From Verrucomicrobiaceae bacterium (GTDB taxonomy: Bacteria > Verrucomicrobiota > Verrucomicrobiia > Verrucomicrobiales > Verrucomicrobiaceae): a stretch of DNA of 64,000 nucleotides. Below are positions 9,254 through 18,547 of the stretch, piece after piece. Both the position numbers and the translations under genes were made by a program. The stretch covers positions 249,632 to 313,631 of the forward strand of contig JACKQF010000005.1 of NCBI GenBank assembly GCA_024232965.1, written 5' to 3'. The number at the start of each line of letters is the position of its first letter. Positions within the stretch are counted from its first letter, which is position 1. The notes beneath the pieces were generated by a model that saw only the letters and a list, made by a program, of their open reading frames with translations, did no database searches and was not told the DNA's origin.

Positions 9254-10429
9254 TCACTTTTTCTTATCCCACTCCCGCACTTTGATGACAGTCGCGAGCT
9301 GGTTGACCAGGGATAGATCGCCTGGCAGGAGCTTGAATTTTGTCATGTATTGCAACGCTCCGTGGACGCGCATGATCTCGCCCTTCTTAGATTCGATCTT
9401 CTCTGCAGGAGTGTCCGCGATCATTTTCCCAAAGGCCTCAGCCTCTTGGCGCACTTGGTTCCAAGCGCCCTCGTTTGGCGCGTAACAGAGCGATTCCATG
9501 AGGCGGAGCATTTGGTCAACCCCCTGCTTCGTTGCAGCGTCCTCACGAATGGTTTTGGCAATCTCCGCACGCTTGGCCAGGGTGGCTTCTGGGCTCATAA
9601 CACTAGTGTCGCCGCCATCAAGTGCCCGTTTTGGCAGAGGGCGATACCAAATATTGCGATACCGGACCGGATTCCCGTGGTCCTGCAATTTCAGCGGGCC
9701 TTGATCTGGGAAAGGGCGAGGCTTCGAACGGGCTCTATGGCCGCCCCCGCCATCGATTGGAGTGTGGTCCTGGACCAAAACGCCATTCACAAAGACCGTG
9801 AGGTAGCCCGGATCAATCTGTTGTCCGTCTTTGAAGAGAGGCCGACGAAAAACGATATCGTAGACCTGCCAAGCACCTGGAGCCTGGAGGGGGTTGGCCA
9901 TCGGCGGATTGATCCCATAAACCGAACCAGCGAAACCGTCCGCGTAAGTCGGGTTGTTGTAATTGTCTAGAACCTGGACCTCCACCTGGCCCATGAGGAA
10001 GATACCGCTATTGCCGCGACCTTGGCTATCGCCCTTGACCTCGGAAGGCGCGGACCATTCGATGTGCAGTTGGCAATCACTGAACTCCTCCTTGCTACGC
10101 ACGTAGCCAGAACCTGGCACACACTGGAGGGTGCCGTCTTTGACGACCCACTTTGTTTCAACCGTAGGCGTCTTGTCAGCTTCCCAATTCGCGATGGCAC
10201 CCTCGCTGCCATCAAAAAGGACCACGGCGTCAGACGGTGGCTTCCCTGGCTGCTCCTGCGAGCTAAAGGTGCCCGGCTCCACTCGAGCTGGCTGCGCGCG
10301 GTTCATATCGTGAATGGCCCATGGGTGAATCGCATCCGGTGGATCACCGTAGAATGCTCCGTCGGCGAAGACGGACACTGGGATTGCCGAGGCAAGGAGT
10401 GCGAGATGGGACAACGGACGAAGCTTCAT
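9254..10429 (-). CDS. Secreted DUF1080 (3-keto-disaccharide hydrolase / LamG-like) domain protein with an extra C-terminal helical domain
   Basis: Signal peptide MKLRPLSHLALLASAIPVSVFA (start set at the internal Met). DUF1080 hallmarks: WVVKDGTLQC, DCQLHIEWS, NSGIFLMGQVEVQVLD, PGAWQVYDIVFRRP. Confidence 0.65.
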   Translation of the reverse strand: MKLRPLSHLALLASAIPVSVFADGAFYGDPPDAIHPWAIHDMNRAQPARVEPGTFSSQEQPGKPPSDAVVLFDGSEGAIANWEADKTPTVETKWVVKDGTLQCVPGSGYVRSKEEFSDCQLHIEWSAPSEVKGDSQGRGNSGIFLMGQVEVQVLDNYNNPTYADGFAGSVYGINPPMANPLQAPGAWQVYDIVFRRPLFKDGQQIDPGYLTVFVNGVLVQDHTPIDGGGGHRARSKPRPFPDQGPLKLQDHGNPVRYRNIWYRPLPKRALDGGDTSVMSPEATLAKRAEIAKTIREDAATKQGVDQMLRLMESLCYAPNEGAWNQVRQEAEAFGKMIADTPAEKIESKKGEIMRVHGALQYMTKFKLLPGDLSLVNQLATVIKVREWDKKK

Positions 10430-10535
10430 GGGTATGGTATGTTTTGCGAGTGGGTTGGGACGGAAAAGGAAGACGCCCTGCTTGAAGATCAAACAGGGCG
10501 TCTTTGAAACGAACTTAAAGCGGAAAAACTTCCGA

Positions 10536-13442
10536 TCAGTGCGTGAAGTAAAACTCCTTGGAGTTGAGCAGAGCCCAGAAAAGATCCTCTAGAACCGTCT
10601 GCCGCTGGTCGGGGGACTCGGCAAGAGATGCCTGCACCGCCTTCCACTCTTGATCGTTTGGCTGGCGGCCAAAGGCACGCAGGAAAAGATCCTCGGCGAT
10701 CTCGCGATCTGATTTCTTCTCACTGATGAGACGGGCGACAACGCGTCCTTGCTTGATGCGGTCATTAACAGCGTCACCGTTCATGAGGTGGAGGGCCTGG
10801 GAAAGGGTGGGCTCCATCTTCACTTCGCAAGAGCAGACGGACTCGCGCTTAGCGCGGCCGAAGGTAGTTAGGAAGTAGTTGGAAACGGCACCATCGGCGA
10901 TCTGCACGGCACGCGCGCCGAGCGGCAGCCCCTGGAACTTGTTCGGAGTCTCGGTGATTTGGGAGACAGCGTCCAACAGCACCTCGGCACGCACGCGGCG
11001 GACTTGGGCATGAGAGAAGTTGCGCTTGTCCCCAGCGTTGGTCTCATTGACTTGGGATGAGCGCTGATACGTCATGGAGGTGCAGATATCCCGCACCATC
11101 TTGCGCATGTCGTATTTGTACTCAGTCAGGCGTTTCGCCAACTCTTCGATGAGTTCTGGGTTTGACGGCGGATTGGAGATGCGGACATCATCCACTGGTT
11201 CAACGATCCCCGTGCCGAAGAAGTGTGCCCACATGATGTTGGCGATATTCCGGGCGAAGTAAGGGTTCTTGGGGGAGGCAATCCACTCAGCGAGCACCTT
11301 GCGACGGTCTTCACCGGGCTTAATTTCTGGCGATTCACCACCGAGGAACTTGGGTTTCATAACGGCCTTCGTCAGAAAGTGACGAGCATCCCCGCCCTTG
11401 CTGTTGTAGACGATGACTTCTTGTGGATCATCCGTCGCCTTGCGGCCGATTTGGGTAAAGAAAGCCTGGAAGCTGTAGTAGTCATCCATGGTCCAGCGGT
11501 CAAACGGATGGTTGTGACACTGGGCACACTGGATGCGCATTCCCATGAAGACCTGGGCGATGTTTTCGGTGACCTTGAGAGGATCAAGCTCCATCTGGTA
11601 GTAGTTCACCGCTGGATTTGACACGGTGCCACCTGTCGCAGACAGAAGCTCGATGACGATCTCGTTCAGTGGGACGTTCTTTGCCACACGCTCTGACAAC
11701 CAGTTGTAATACAGCAGCGCATTTTTGTAGAATGGCGGCCGGTTGTTGTTCAGACCGGAGCGAATCTGTAGCAACTCTGCCCATTTCATCACCCATAAAT
11801 CGGTGAACTCTTTGCGATCCAGCAGGCTATCGACCAAAGCCTCACGCTTCTTGGGATTGGCATCCGCCAAGAATGCACGGGTGTCTTCCGCCTTTGGATA
11901 AACGCCGAGCACGTCGATGAACGTGCGGCGAATGAACTCCTGATCGCTACAAACACCTGAGGGAAGGATGCGAAGTTTGTGCAGCTTTTCATCGACAAGC
12001 GTGTCAATGTAATTGGTCTCGGCCAAGTTGGGCCGCTCGTACTGAAGGTTGGCAGGAATGACCAGTGTCTGTGCGGTGGTGCTATAAACGTCGAAACGAG
12101 CCAGCATGAACGCTGCCCCACGATCCCCGGATGTCACAAGCCCATTCTTATCCACAGAAGCGACGGGGTCGTTATTGGACATGAACAATGCCAGCGATGT
12201 CACATCACGATCGGTGCCATCGGAGTAAGTCGCGCGGACGGTGATCTGCTGATTCGCCCCCGCGCCTTCGAGCACCATCTGTTTGGGGAAGATCTCAATG
12301 CCGGTGACCTTGGCGGTATCAGGCTTGTCGTCAGGAGTTCCAGCAGTGATCCACTCCAACAGGGTCTTGTTATACTCGCTGTCTTCTTCAAAGCACTGAT
12401 TGCCGGAGTGGGGCACGGCACCAATGGCCTTTTCGACCAAGCAACTCTCTTCAGGGATCGCCAAGTTGATGCGGCGGCCAGGCATCTCACGTGTGATGCG
12501 GATGAAGTCGCCAGCGGGGTCCATCCCAAAAAGGGAGAGGCGGAATCCGTCCTTACCACGGGCCGCGCCGTGGCAGCCACCTTGGTTACAACCACCACGC
12601 ATGAACACAGGCATCACGTCCAGCCGGAAGGAGATCTGACGCTCCTTCGTGCCATCGGCGATCAAAACCGGAGCCTTTGCAGACATCCCACCCAGGGATG
12701 CAGAAATTTCTGTCGCGCCCTTTTCGATCACGGGACGGAGGGTCACTCCGTCCAGCTTCGCGATTTTGGGATCAGCCACACTGAGGTTAGAGAAGCGAGT
12801 CACGTCGCGTGTGGTAGCATCTTTGAAAGTTGCCATGACTACGACTTGGTGAAAATCTCGCTTGGTCTCCAAAGCGAAGCGATCGGGGAAGATCTCGATG
12901 CGCTGGAGCTGTGGCAGTTTTTTCTGGAGCTCGGCCATCGCCTTGACCTCTTCAGGACTACGATAACGCATCGTCAAGCCTTCAGGAATCTTCGCGCCTT
13001 CCGCGACCCAGCGCTTAAGGTTAGCAATTTCCGCCGGCGTCAGGGGATCACCCTTGGGCGGCATGATGTCGTCGTGACCTTTTGGCAAAAGCACGCGCTT
13101 CACAATTTCGGACTCGTCTGGCTTTCCAGGAACAAGGGCAGCACCGGCTTCACCGCCTTTGATCATGGCCGCAAGATCTGTCATCAGGAGATCTCCCTTT
13201 GTCTTGGATGGGTTGTGACACTCCAAGCACTTGGTTTCCAAGACATGCTGAACCTGACTGCCAAAATCGAGCGCTGCTACGACTGGAACTGGAGCCGGTG
13301 CTGGCTTTACAGCAGGCGCCGATGCTGGTTTTGCGGCAGGTGCAGCAGGAGCCGGTGACGGAGTCGGCACTGGCGCGGTTGCAGCCACTGCAAGGGAACA
13401 GAGGCTAAGAGACCATGCAATGATCGTCGCGGAGGTTTTCAT
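10536..13442 (-). CDS. PSD1-type protein: planctomycete cytochrome c (PSCyt1/PSCyt2), Big_2, DUF1549 and DUF1553 domains
   Basis: Signal peptide MKTSATIIAWSLSLCSLAVA. CLECHNPSKTKGDL (PSCyt1), CNQGGCHGAARGKDGFRLSLFG (PSCyt2), DQEFIRRTFIDVLGVYP (DUF1549), RIQCAQCHNHPFDRW (DUF1553). Confidence 0.85.
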   Translation of the reverse strand: MKTSATIIAWSLSLCSLAVAATAPVPTPSPAPAAPAAKPASAPAVKPAPAPVPVVAALDFGSQVQHVLETKCLECHNPSKTKGDLLMTDLAAMIKGGEAGAALVPGKPDESEIVKRVLLPKGHDDIMPPKGDPLTPAEIANLKRWVAEGAKIPEGLTMRYRSPEEVKAMAELQKKLPQLQRIEIFPDRFALETKRDFHQVVVMATFKDATTRDVTRFSNLSVADPKIAKLDGVTLRPVIEKGATEISASLGGMSAKAPVLIADGTKERQISFRLDVMPVFMRGGCNQGGCHGAARGKDGFRLSLFGMDPAGDFIRITREMPGRRINLAIPEESCLVEKAIGAVPHSGNQCFEEDSEYNKTLLEWITAGTPDDKPDTAKVTGIEIFPKQMVLEGAGANQQITVRATYSDGTDRDVTSLALFMSNNDPVASVDKNGLVTSGDRGAAFMLARFDVYSTTAQTLVIPANLQYERPNLAETNYIDTLVDEKLHKLRILPSGVCSDQEFIRRTFIDVLGVYPKAEDTRAFLADANPKKREALVDSLLDRKEFTDLWVMKWAELLQIRSGLNNNRPPFYKNALLYYNWLSERVAKNVPLNEIVIELLSATGGTVSNPAVNYYQMELDPLKVTENIAQVFMGMRIQCAQCHNHPFDRWTMDDYYSFQAFFTQIGRKATDDPQEVIVYNSKGGDARHFLTKAVMKPKFLGGESPEIKPGEDRRKVLAEWIASPKNPYFARNIANIMWAHFFGTGIVEPVDDVRISNPPSNPELIEELAKRLTEYKYDMRKMVRDICTSMTYQRSSQVNETNAGDKRNFSHAQVRRVRAEVLLDAVSQITETPNKFQGLPLGARAVQIADGAVSNYFLTTFGRAKRESVCSCEVKMEPTLSQALHLMNGDAVNDRIKQGRVVARLISEKKSDREIAEDLFLRAFGRQPNDQEWKAVQASLAESPDQRQTVLEDLFWALLNSKEFYFTH

Positions 13443-13515
13443 GAGGGGCGTTTTTGGGGGAATTTGGGGCGATGAACTTACGCTGCTAGCGAAGGGCTCT
13501 ATCAAGACGGAGTCA

Positions 13516-15969
13516 TTACTTTTTCGCAGCCAAAGCTTCTTGGCGGAGTTGCTCTAAGCGGGACAATGGCTTTGGCGCGGCGGGTTTTGGAGCTTCTTTC
13601 GGTGCGTTGGCAGCCACCGCAGGTGCGGCGGCAGGCTTTGCTGGCGCTGGACGGGGTTTGTCGATGCGCAGAATCGACCCCAGCGCGATGCGATGGGTGG
13701 ACACGCCACCCGGCACTGGAACATCGACACGGACAAAGAGGTTCCCCTGTTTACCAATGGGGGATTTTTCTCCGGTATGAACCGTAAAGCTGACCTCTTT
13801 GGTGTCCTTGTTGATCTTGGCAGAATCGATCGGGATGGTGTCAGGCACGCCGAGCACTTGTGCAACAGCCTCACCTGTAAAGGGTTGCAGAGTCTCCAGC
13901 TTACACACCATCACGGCGTCCTGTCCCTGCTCCACCGCAGTCAGCGCCATCGTTGGCGCACTGAGGTAGGCAGGACCAGTGGTCACTTCGCAGAATGGGG
14001 AGGCATTGTAAATGCGGCCGTTGCCAGCATCAGCCTCACCCATAACGGTGAAATTCCACTTCCCGGCAGGCACGGCTGCATTCGCATCGAGGTTAAACAC
14101 ACACTCCGTGCCACCTTCAGGGATGGTTTGCTCCCCGAGGCAACTGACACCCGGCGGTTTCCAAATCATGAACACGCGGATGGGCGCCTTGAAACCCTCT
14201 TTGCGCTTGGCCACCACTTTCAGATCTGCCACGCCACTCGTCACCAGAGGCGTCGTAGGCTTGATGATCTCAAGTGAGTACGGTGCCTCTTCAACGACGG
14301 CTACTGGTAGCTGATCCTGAACTTCGGTGTAGTAGATGACATTGCCGGAACGGACGATGTCAAATTCCTGACGTAGAGTCCCGACCACATTGACGGCAGG
14401 ATCGACTGACTTCAGAGTGATCGGCACGAGCCCGTGTCCGAGTGGCGCATCAGGCGCAGCTTCAAACAACAACGGGATGTTCGGCAGATCTTTTGGTAGA
14501 ACATCCGTCAGCAACTTTGCTCCTTTCGGCATGTTGGGCGTTTCAAACTTATAGTCCCCCGAGACATTACTGCGACTGACGTTCACCAGCGTCGCATAAC
14601 GCCCTCCCTTTGGCACCGCGATGAACTGGCGAATGTGGGTGTCATTCACCACATATTGGGGGGAAGCGAAAGTAAGGCTCGGCTGCGATGCCACCATCTC
14701 GATCCGATAGACGTAGTTCGGGCCGCCGCGATCAAGGTGGTCTGTGATGCGAACAAAGTAGTCACCGTCTGCGGGGATCGTCACCGTCGCTTTGCTATCA
14801 AGGCGGCGACGGCCACCACCATCGTCGTTGCTGGAGATGCCCTTGCCCTTTGAATCGTAAATTCCAACCACACTGTCGAGAGGAGATCCCAGCAATTGTG
14901 CGAAGGCCTGCAGTTCCACTTTCAGGCCCTTTTTGAGAGTCACTTTAAAGTAGTCCACGTCTCCCGGAGCTTCGATGATGCCATTCAGAGCAAAGGGTTC
15001 TCCGAGGGTCACGGGCGTCGCCTTGGCTTGCTCGTTGTTAGGCTCCACCTCCATCGCGTTGTCAAAAGGCATGATGCGGAAAGGGTTGCCTGACGGTGCC
15101 GCCGCCTCCGTTTTGGAGTAGATCATGTAATTCTCATCCACGGTAGCGGGGATGGCGACGTCTTCTTCAAAGGTAGAGCCATCATGCTCAATGAAACGTA
15201 CCTTAGCCGTCGTGCCAGCCTTGCCGCCTGCGGGATACACAACCTCTGGGCGGCGGAAGCTTCCAACGTGCAGGCGATAAAAAGAGGTACCGCCGCCGCG
15301 ATAGGAAGACTCGCGCATCAGGATGAAGTATTCCCCATCTTCCTCGGCAACGTAGGAGCAAAAGCCATCCTGGCGATGCAAAATCGTGTCATCCGAGTTC
15401 ACCTTCTCAAAGCGATCCTTGTCGAGAATCGCGATGTATGGATCAAATGTCGTGTAACCGAGACGAAGGCCATCCGCCTCCAGACTGATGCGTTGACCTT
15501 TCTTGGCAGTGATCTTGAAATAGTCCACATCCTCGTTCTGCACGACGCCCTCAATCGTCTGGTCAAATCCCACTTGCTGTGCAGTATCAAAATCATTGTT
15601 CGCTTCTTTTTCCTCGACGTTCGGGAAAGGGCCGACAAAGAACTGCCGGGCGTGCGAGACACCGCTTTTGGTTCGGATGCGCATAGAGTGATTCCCCGGC
15701 AACACGTCTTTATCGATCGAGATCACGCACTCCACCGATTTGGCCTCAACCTTACCCACGCTCTTCATCGCAAAGCCGGGCGAATTGAAAATGATCCCCT
15801 CAAAATCCGCGAGCTTATCACCAGTCAAAGTCAGGGTGAGTTCTGTGCCACGCTGACCGCCATTGGGCTTAGTGCCAGTGAATGTTGGGTAGGCAGCATG
15901 GACAGTTCCGCAGCAAAACAACAATGCTACGGTAAGTCGGACGCAAAGACTAAAGAGGGATGATTTCAT
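13516..15969 (-). CDS. Secreted protein with two PPC (pre-peptidase C-terminal)-like domains and an Ala/Pro/Lys-rich C-terminal tail
   Basis: Signal peptide MKSSLFSLCVRLTVALLFCCGTVHA. Two copies of an E-(A/P)-NN...D-x-DYFK-(I/V)-T-(A/L)-KKG motif. Tail KPRPAPAKPAAAPAVAANAPKEAPKPAAPKP. Confidence 0.55.
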   Translation of the reverse strand: MKSSLFSLCVRLTVALLFCCGTVHAAYPTFTGTKPNGGQRGTELTLTLTGDKLADFEGIIFNSPGFAMKSVGKVEAKSVECVISIDKDVLPGNHSMRIRTKSGVSHARQFFVGPFPNVEEKEANNDFDTAQQVGFDQTIEGVVQNEDVDYFKITAKKGQRISLEADGLRLGYTTFDPYIAILDKDRFEKVNSDDTILHRQDGFCSYVAEEDGEYFILMRESSYRGGGTSFYRLHVGSFRRPEVVYPAGGKAGTTAKVRFIEHDGSTFEEDVAIPATVDENYMIYSKTEAAAPSGNPFRIMPFDNAMEVEPNNEQAKATPVTLGEPFALNGIIEAPGDVDYFKVTLKKGLKVELQAFAQLLGSPLDSVVGIYDSKGKGISSNDDGGGRRRLDSKATVTIPADGDYFVRITDHLDRGGPNYVYRIEMVASQPSLTFASPQYVVNDTHIRQFIAVPKGGRYATLVNVSRSNVSGDYKFETPNMPKGAKLLTDVLPKDLPNIPLLFEAAPDAPLGHGLVPITLKSVDPAVNVVGTLRQEFDIVRSGNVIYYTEVQDQLPVAVVEEAPYSLEIIKPTTPLVTSGVADLKVVAKRKEGFKAPIRVFMIWKPPGVSCLGEQTIPEGGTECVFNLDANAAVPAGKWNFTVMGEADAGNGRIYNASPFCEVTTGPAYLSAPTMALTAVEQGQDAVMVCKLETLQPFTGEAVAQVLGVPDTIPIDSAKINKDTKEVSFTVHTGEKSPIGKQGNLFVRVDVPVPGGVSTHRIALGSILRIDKPRPAPAKPAAAPAVAANAPKEAPKPAAPKPLSRLEQLRQEALAAKK

Positions 15970-16263
15970 TGGGGGGGAAAGGGAATTCAGCACGTACATA
16001 CGCACCAACTTTGGCGTCTTCTTGCGGAAAGCAAAAAGCCGCCTTGAAAGTTCGCAGCCGGGCAACTTCTTTGGAGACGGAAAAAGAGGGGCGCAAAGTA
16101 CGCCAACTCGGGCGCTCGTCTTTCGCCACCAAAGCAGATCCCCCGATCACCTGCAAAACCAAAAAAACTCCATACAACCAAGGAATCCCCATTTCTCACT
16201 GGAATTAAGGCGCTCCGCAAGGGTAGTATCCGCCCTATCGTCGTCCGTCACTCCGCATCCGTC

Positions 16264-18456
16264 ATGCCTTCCCCCGCTCATCAGAAGAACCTTACCGTCA
16301 TAGGACAAGCCAATCTGCCGTCCAGCGGAGGCTATATGCTCATCCCCAGCCGATTGAATTATGAGGACCTTCAACGCCTTGAGTTCCTGCTGGCCGCGCG
16401 CGAGATCGTTTATTTGGTTGAGCATGGCGCGGCCCACCCTGCGGCTGTGCAAGCCCACCTGGAAAATGATACCACTCAGGCACTCGTCATCGTCCCAGAG
16501 TCCACTGACATCGGCACATTCCGCCGATCCATTGGTGAGGTGACCAAGAGCGGCGCCGTCGTCGTCTACGTCCCCGCTGAGGCCGCGACGGTGCTCGCCC
16601 CGCTGACGACAGTCCCCGGTGCCAAGCTAGAATTCCTCGTCAAGGCAGAGGTGCCCGTCCTCCCTCTTCACATCCATTCCCCACGCGAGGTCGCCATGGC
16701 GGTGGAGCCCAAACATCCCGAGTCCGAGGCAGTCATGGCCTTTGGCCCCCTGCTAGATGGGGAGCACCTCAGCCTCGCCTCCTACCAGGAGTGCCTCCTT
16801 TCCCTCTCTGAACAGTGCTTCTCCCTGCACAAGGCGCTAAACTGGCACCTCGGCCTAGCCCTCTTACGCGGTTTCAAAAAGCACGGCAATCGCAACTATG
16901 TCGTCGATGGCAAGGACGAGCGCAAGATGCCCTACAGCCACGTTTTGGCCGCCGCCTGCGCCCTTTCCCGCCACATCAAGGCCCAGACGACCAAAAAGCG
17001 CGTTGGCGTCATTTTACCTCCCGGCATCGGCGGACTCATCGCCAACATGGCCGTCGTCTTGGCGGGTAAGATCCCCGTCAATTTTAACTTCACCGCGGGT
17101 CGCACCGCCGTTCAGTCCGCGCTACGACAGTCCGATGTCGACCACTTTGTCACCGCTGACACCTTTGTGCGGAAGATGCAGTCCTTTCCGTGGCCACCGC
17201 TGAAGCAGATGACCTTTTTGGAGAGGCTCATGCCCTCACTAAAAAAGAAGATCGCCTACTGGCTGGTCATCAGCAAAATCCTACCAGCATCCGTCCTGGC
17301 AAAGATTCTGGGCGTGCCAAGCACTGGCGGCGATACGGAAGCTCTGCTTCTTTTCACCAGCGGCAGCTCCGGCGAACCCAAAGGCGTCGCACTCACTCAC
17401 CGCAATATTCTAGCGAATGTCGCCCAATTTGGCAGCAGACTGAACCTGAACGGCAACGATAGCGTGCTCGGCTGCCTCCCCCTGTTTCATAGCTTTGGCT
17501 GCACCGTCACCCTTTGGTATCCCATCATCCAGGGCCTGAACCTCATCACCTACCCCTCCCCTATCGAGACGAAAAAACTGGCGGAACTCATCGCCAAAAA
17601 CAACGTCACGCTCATGCTCGCCACGCCAACCTTCCTCCGAGGTTACCTGCGCGGGGTGAATCGGGAACAGCTTGCGTCGATCAAACTTTGCGTCACCGGA
17701 GCCGAAAAACTCCCCCTCACCGTCGCGCAATCCTTCGAAACCCGCTTTGGTAAACGCGTCTTCGAAGGCTACGGTCTGACGGAAACCTCGCCCGTCTCCA
17801 ACGTCAATCTGCCCGACCCTACACCAATCGGCAACGACGGCGATGGCCACGCCTGGCTGCCGGCCTACCGCCTCGGCTCCGTGGGCCAGATGATCCCCGG
17901 CCTCGCCGTGCGCATCACGCATCCAGAGACCAACGAGCCCCAGTCCCTCCACCAGAGCGGTATGATCTGGTTCAAAGGTGCCAACATCTTTCTCGGCTAC
18001 CTCAACGACCCCAAACGCAGCGCCACCGTTCTCGATAAAGACGGCTGGTTCCGCACCGGCGATATCGGCCGCGTGGACCTAGACGGCTTCTTGTACATTG
18101 AGGGCCGCCTCTCCCGCTTCTCAAAAATCGCTGGCGAAATGGTGCCCCACGAAACGGTCGAGGAAGCGCTCATCAAAGCGATGGGACTGGAAGGTGAGGC
18201 CAATCGCCGCATCGCCGTCGTCGGCGTGCCAGACCTCGACCGAGGCGAGGCACTCGTCCTCCTCACGACCCTCTCTGGCGGCCCCGAACAGCAGGAAATC
18301 CTCGATCTCCGCTATCGACTACTCGACCGCGGAGTGCCTCCTCTTTGGATCCCAAAGAAAATGATACGCATCAGTGAGATCCCCGTCCTCGCCTCCGGAA
18401 AACTCGACGTCCAAGGCTGCGAAAAAATCGCCACCGCCGGATCGTATCCGCGATAA
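16264..18456 (+). CDS. AMP-dependent synthetase/ligase (acyl-CoA / acyl-ACP synthetase family) with a roughly 230-aa N-terminal extension
   Basis: 730 aa. AMP-binding motif LLFTSGSSGEPKGVALTHRNI. Core motifs YGLTETSP and GWFRTGD...GRLSRFSKIAGEMV. N-terminal 230 aa unassigned. Confidence 0.75.
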   Translation: MPSPAHQKNLTVIGQANLPSSGGYMLIPSRLNYEDLQRLEFLLAAREIVYLVEHGAAHPAAVQAHLENDTTQALVIVPESTDIGTFRRSIGEVTKSGAVVVYVPAEAATVLAPLTTVPGAKLEFLVKAEVPVLPLHIHSPREVAMAVEPKHPESEAVMAFGPLLDGEHLSLASYQECLLSLSEQCFSLHKALNWHLGLALLRGFKKHGNRNYVVDGKDERKMPYSHVLAAACALSRHIKAQTTKKRVGVILPPGIGGLIANMAVVLAGKIPVNFNFTAGRTAVQSALRQSDVDHFVTADTFVRKMQSFPWPPLKQMTFLERLMPSLKKKIAYWLVISKILPASVLAKILGVPSTGGDTEALLLFTSGSSGEPKGVALTHRNILANVAQFGSRLNLNGNDSVLGCLPLFHSFGCTVTLWYPIIQGLNLITYPSPIETKKLAELIAKNNVTLMLATPTFLRGYLRGVNREQLASIKLCVTGAEKLPLTVAQSFETRFGKRVFEGYGLTETSPVSNVNLPDPTPIGNDGDGHAWLPAYRLGSVGQMIPGLAVRITHPETNEPQSLHQSGMIWFKGANIFLGYLNDPKRSATVLDKDGWFRTGDIGRVDLDGFLYIEGRLSRFSKIAGEMVPHETVEEALIKAMGLEGEANRRIAVVGVPDLDRGEALVLLTTLSGGPEQQEILDLRYRLLDRGVPPLWIPKKMIRISEIPVLASGKLDVQGCEKIATAGSYPR

Positions 18457-18547
18457 CCAAGATCCGAAGACAGCCGTGCCTGAATTGGCTGCACAGTTCA
18501 TTAGGGGCTCTGACCACGGCTGAGAGGCGTATCCATGGTATCTCACT

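Noticed and set aside
18457-18547. Inverted repeat CAGCCGTG...(36 nt)...CACGGCTG downstream of the acyl-CoA synthetase gene, a candidate terminator or regulatory hairpin
   Set aside because: The 8-bp stem has a very large loop and no following T-run. It is too weak to call an intrinsic terminator, although it could be a protein-binding palindrome.
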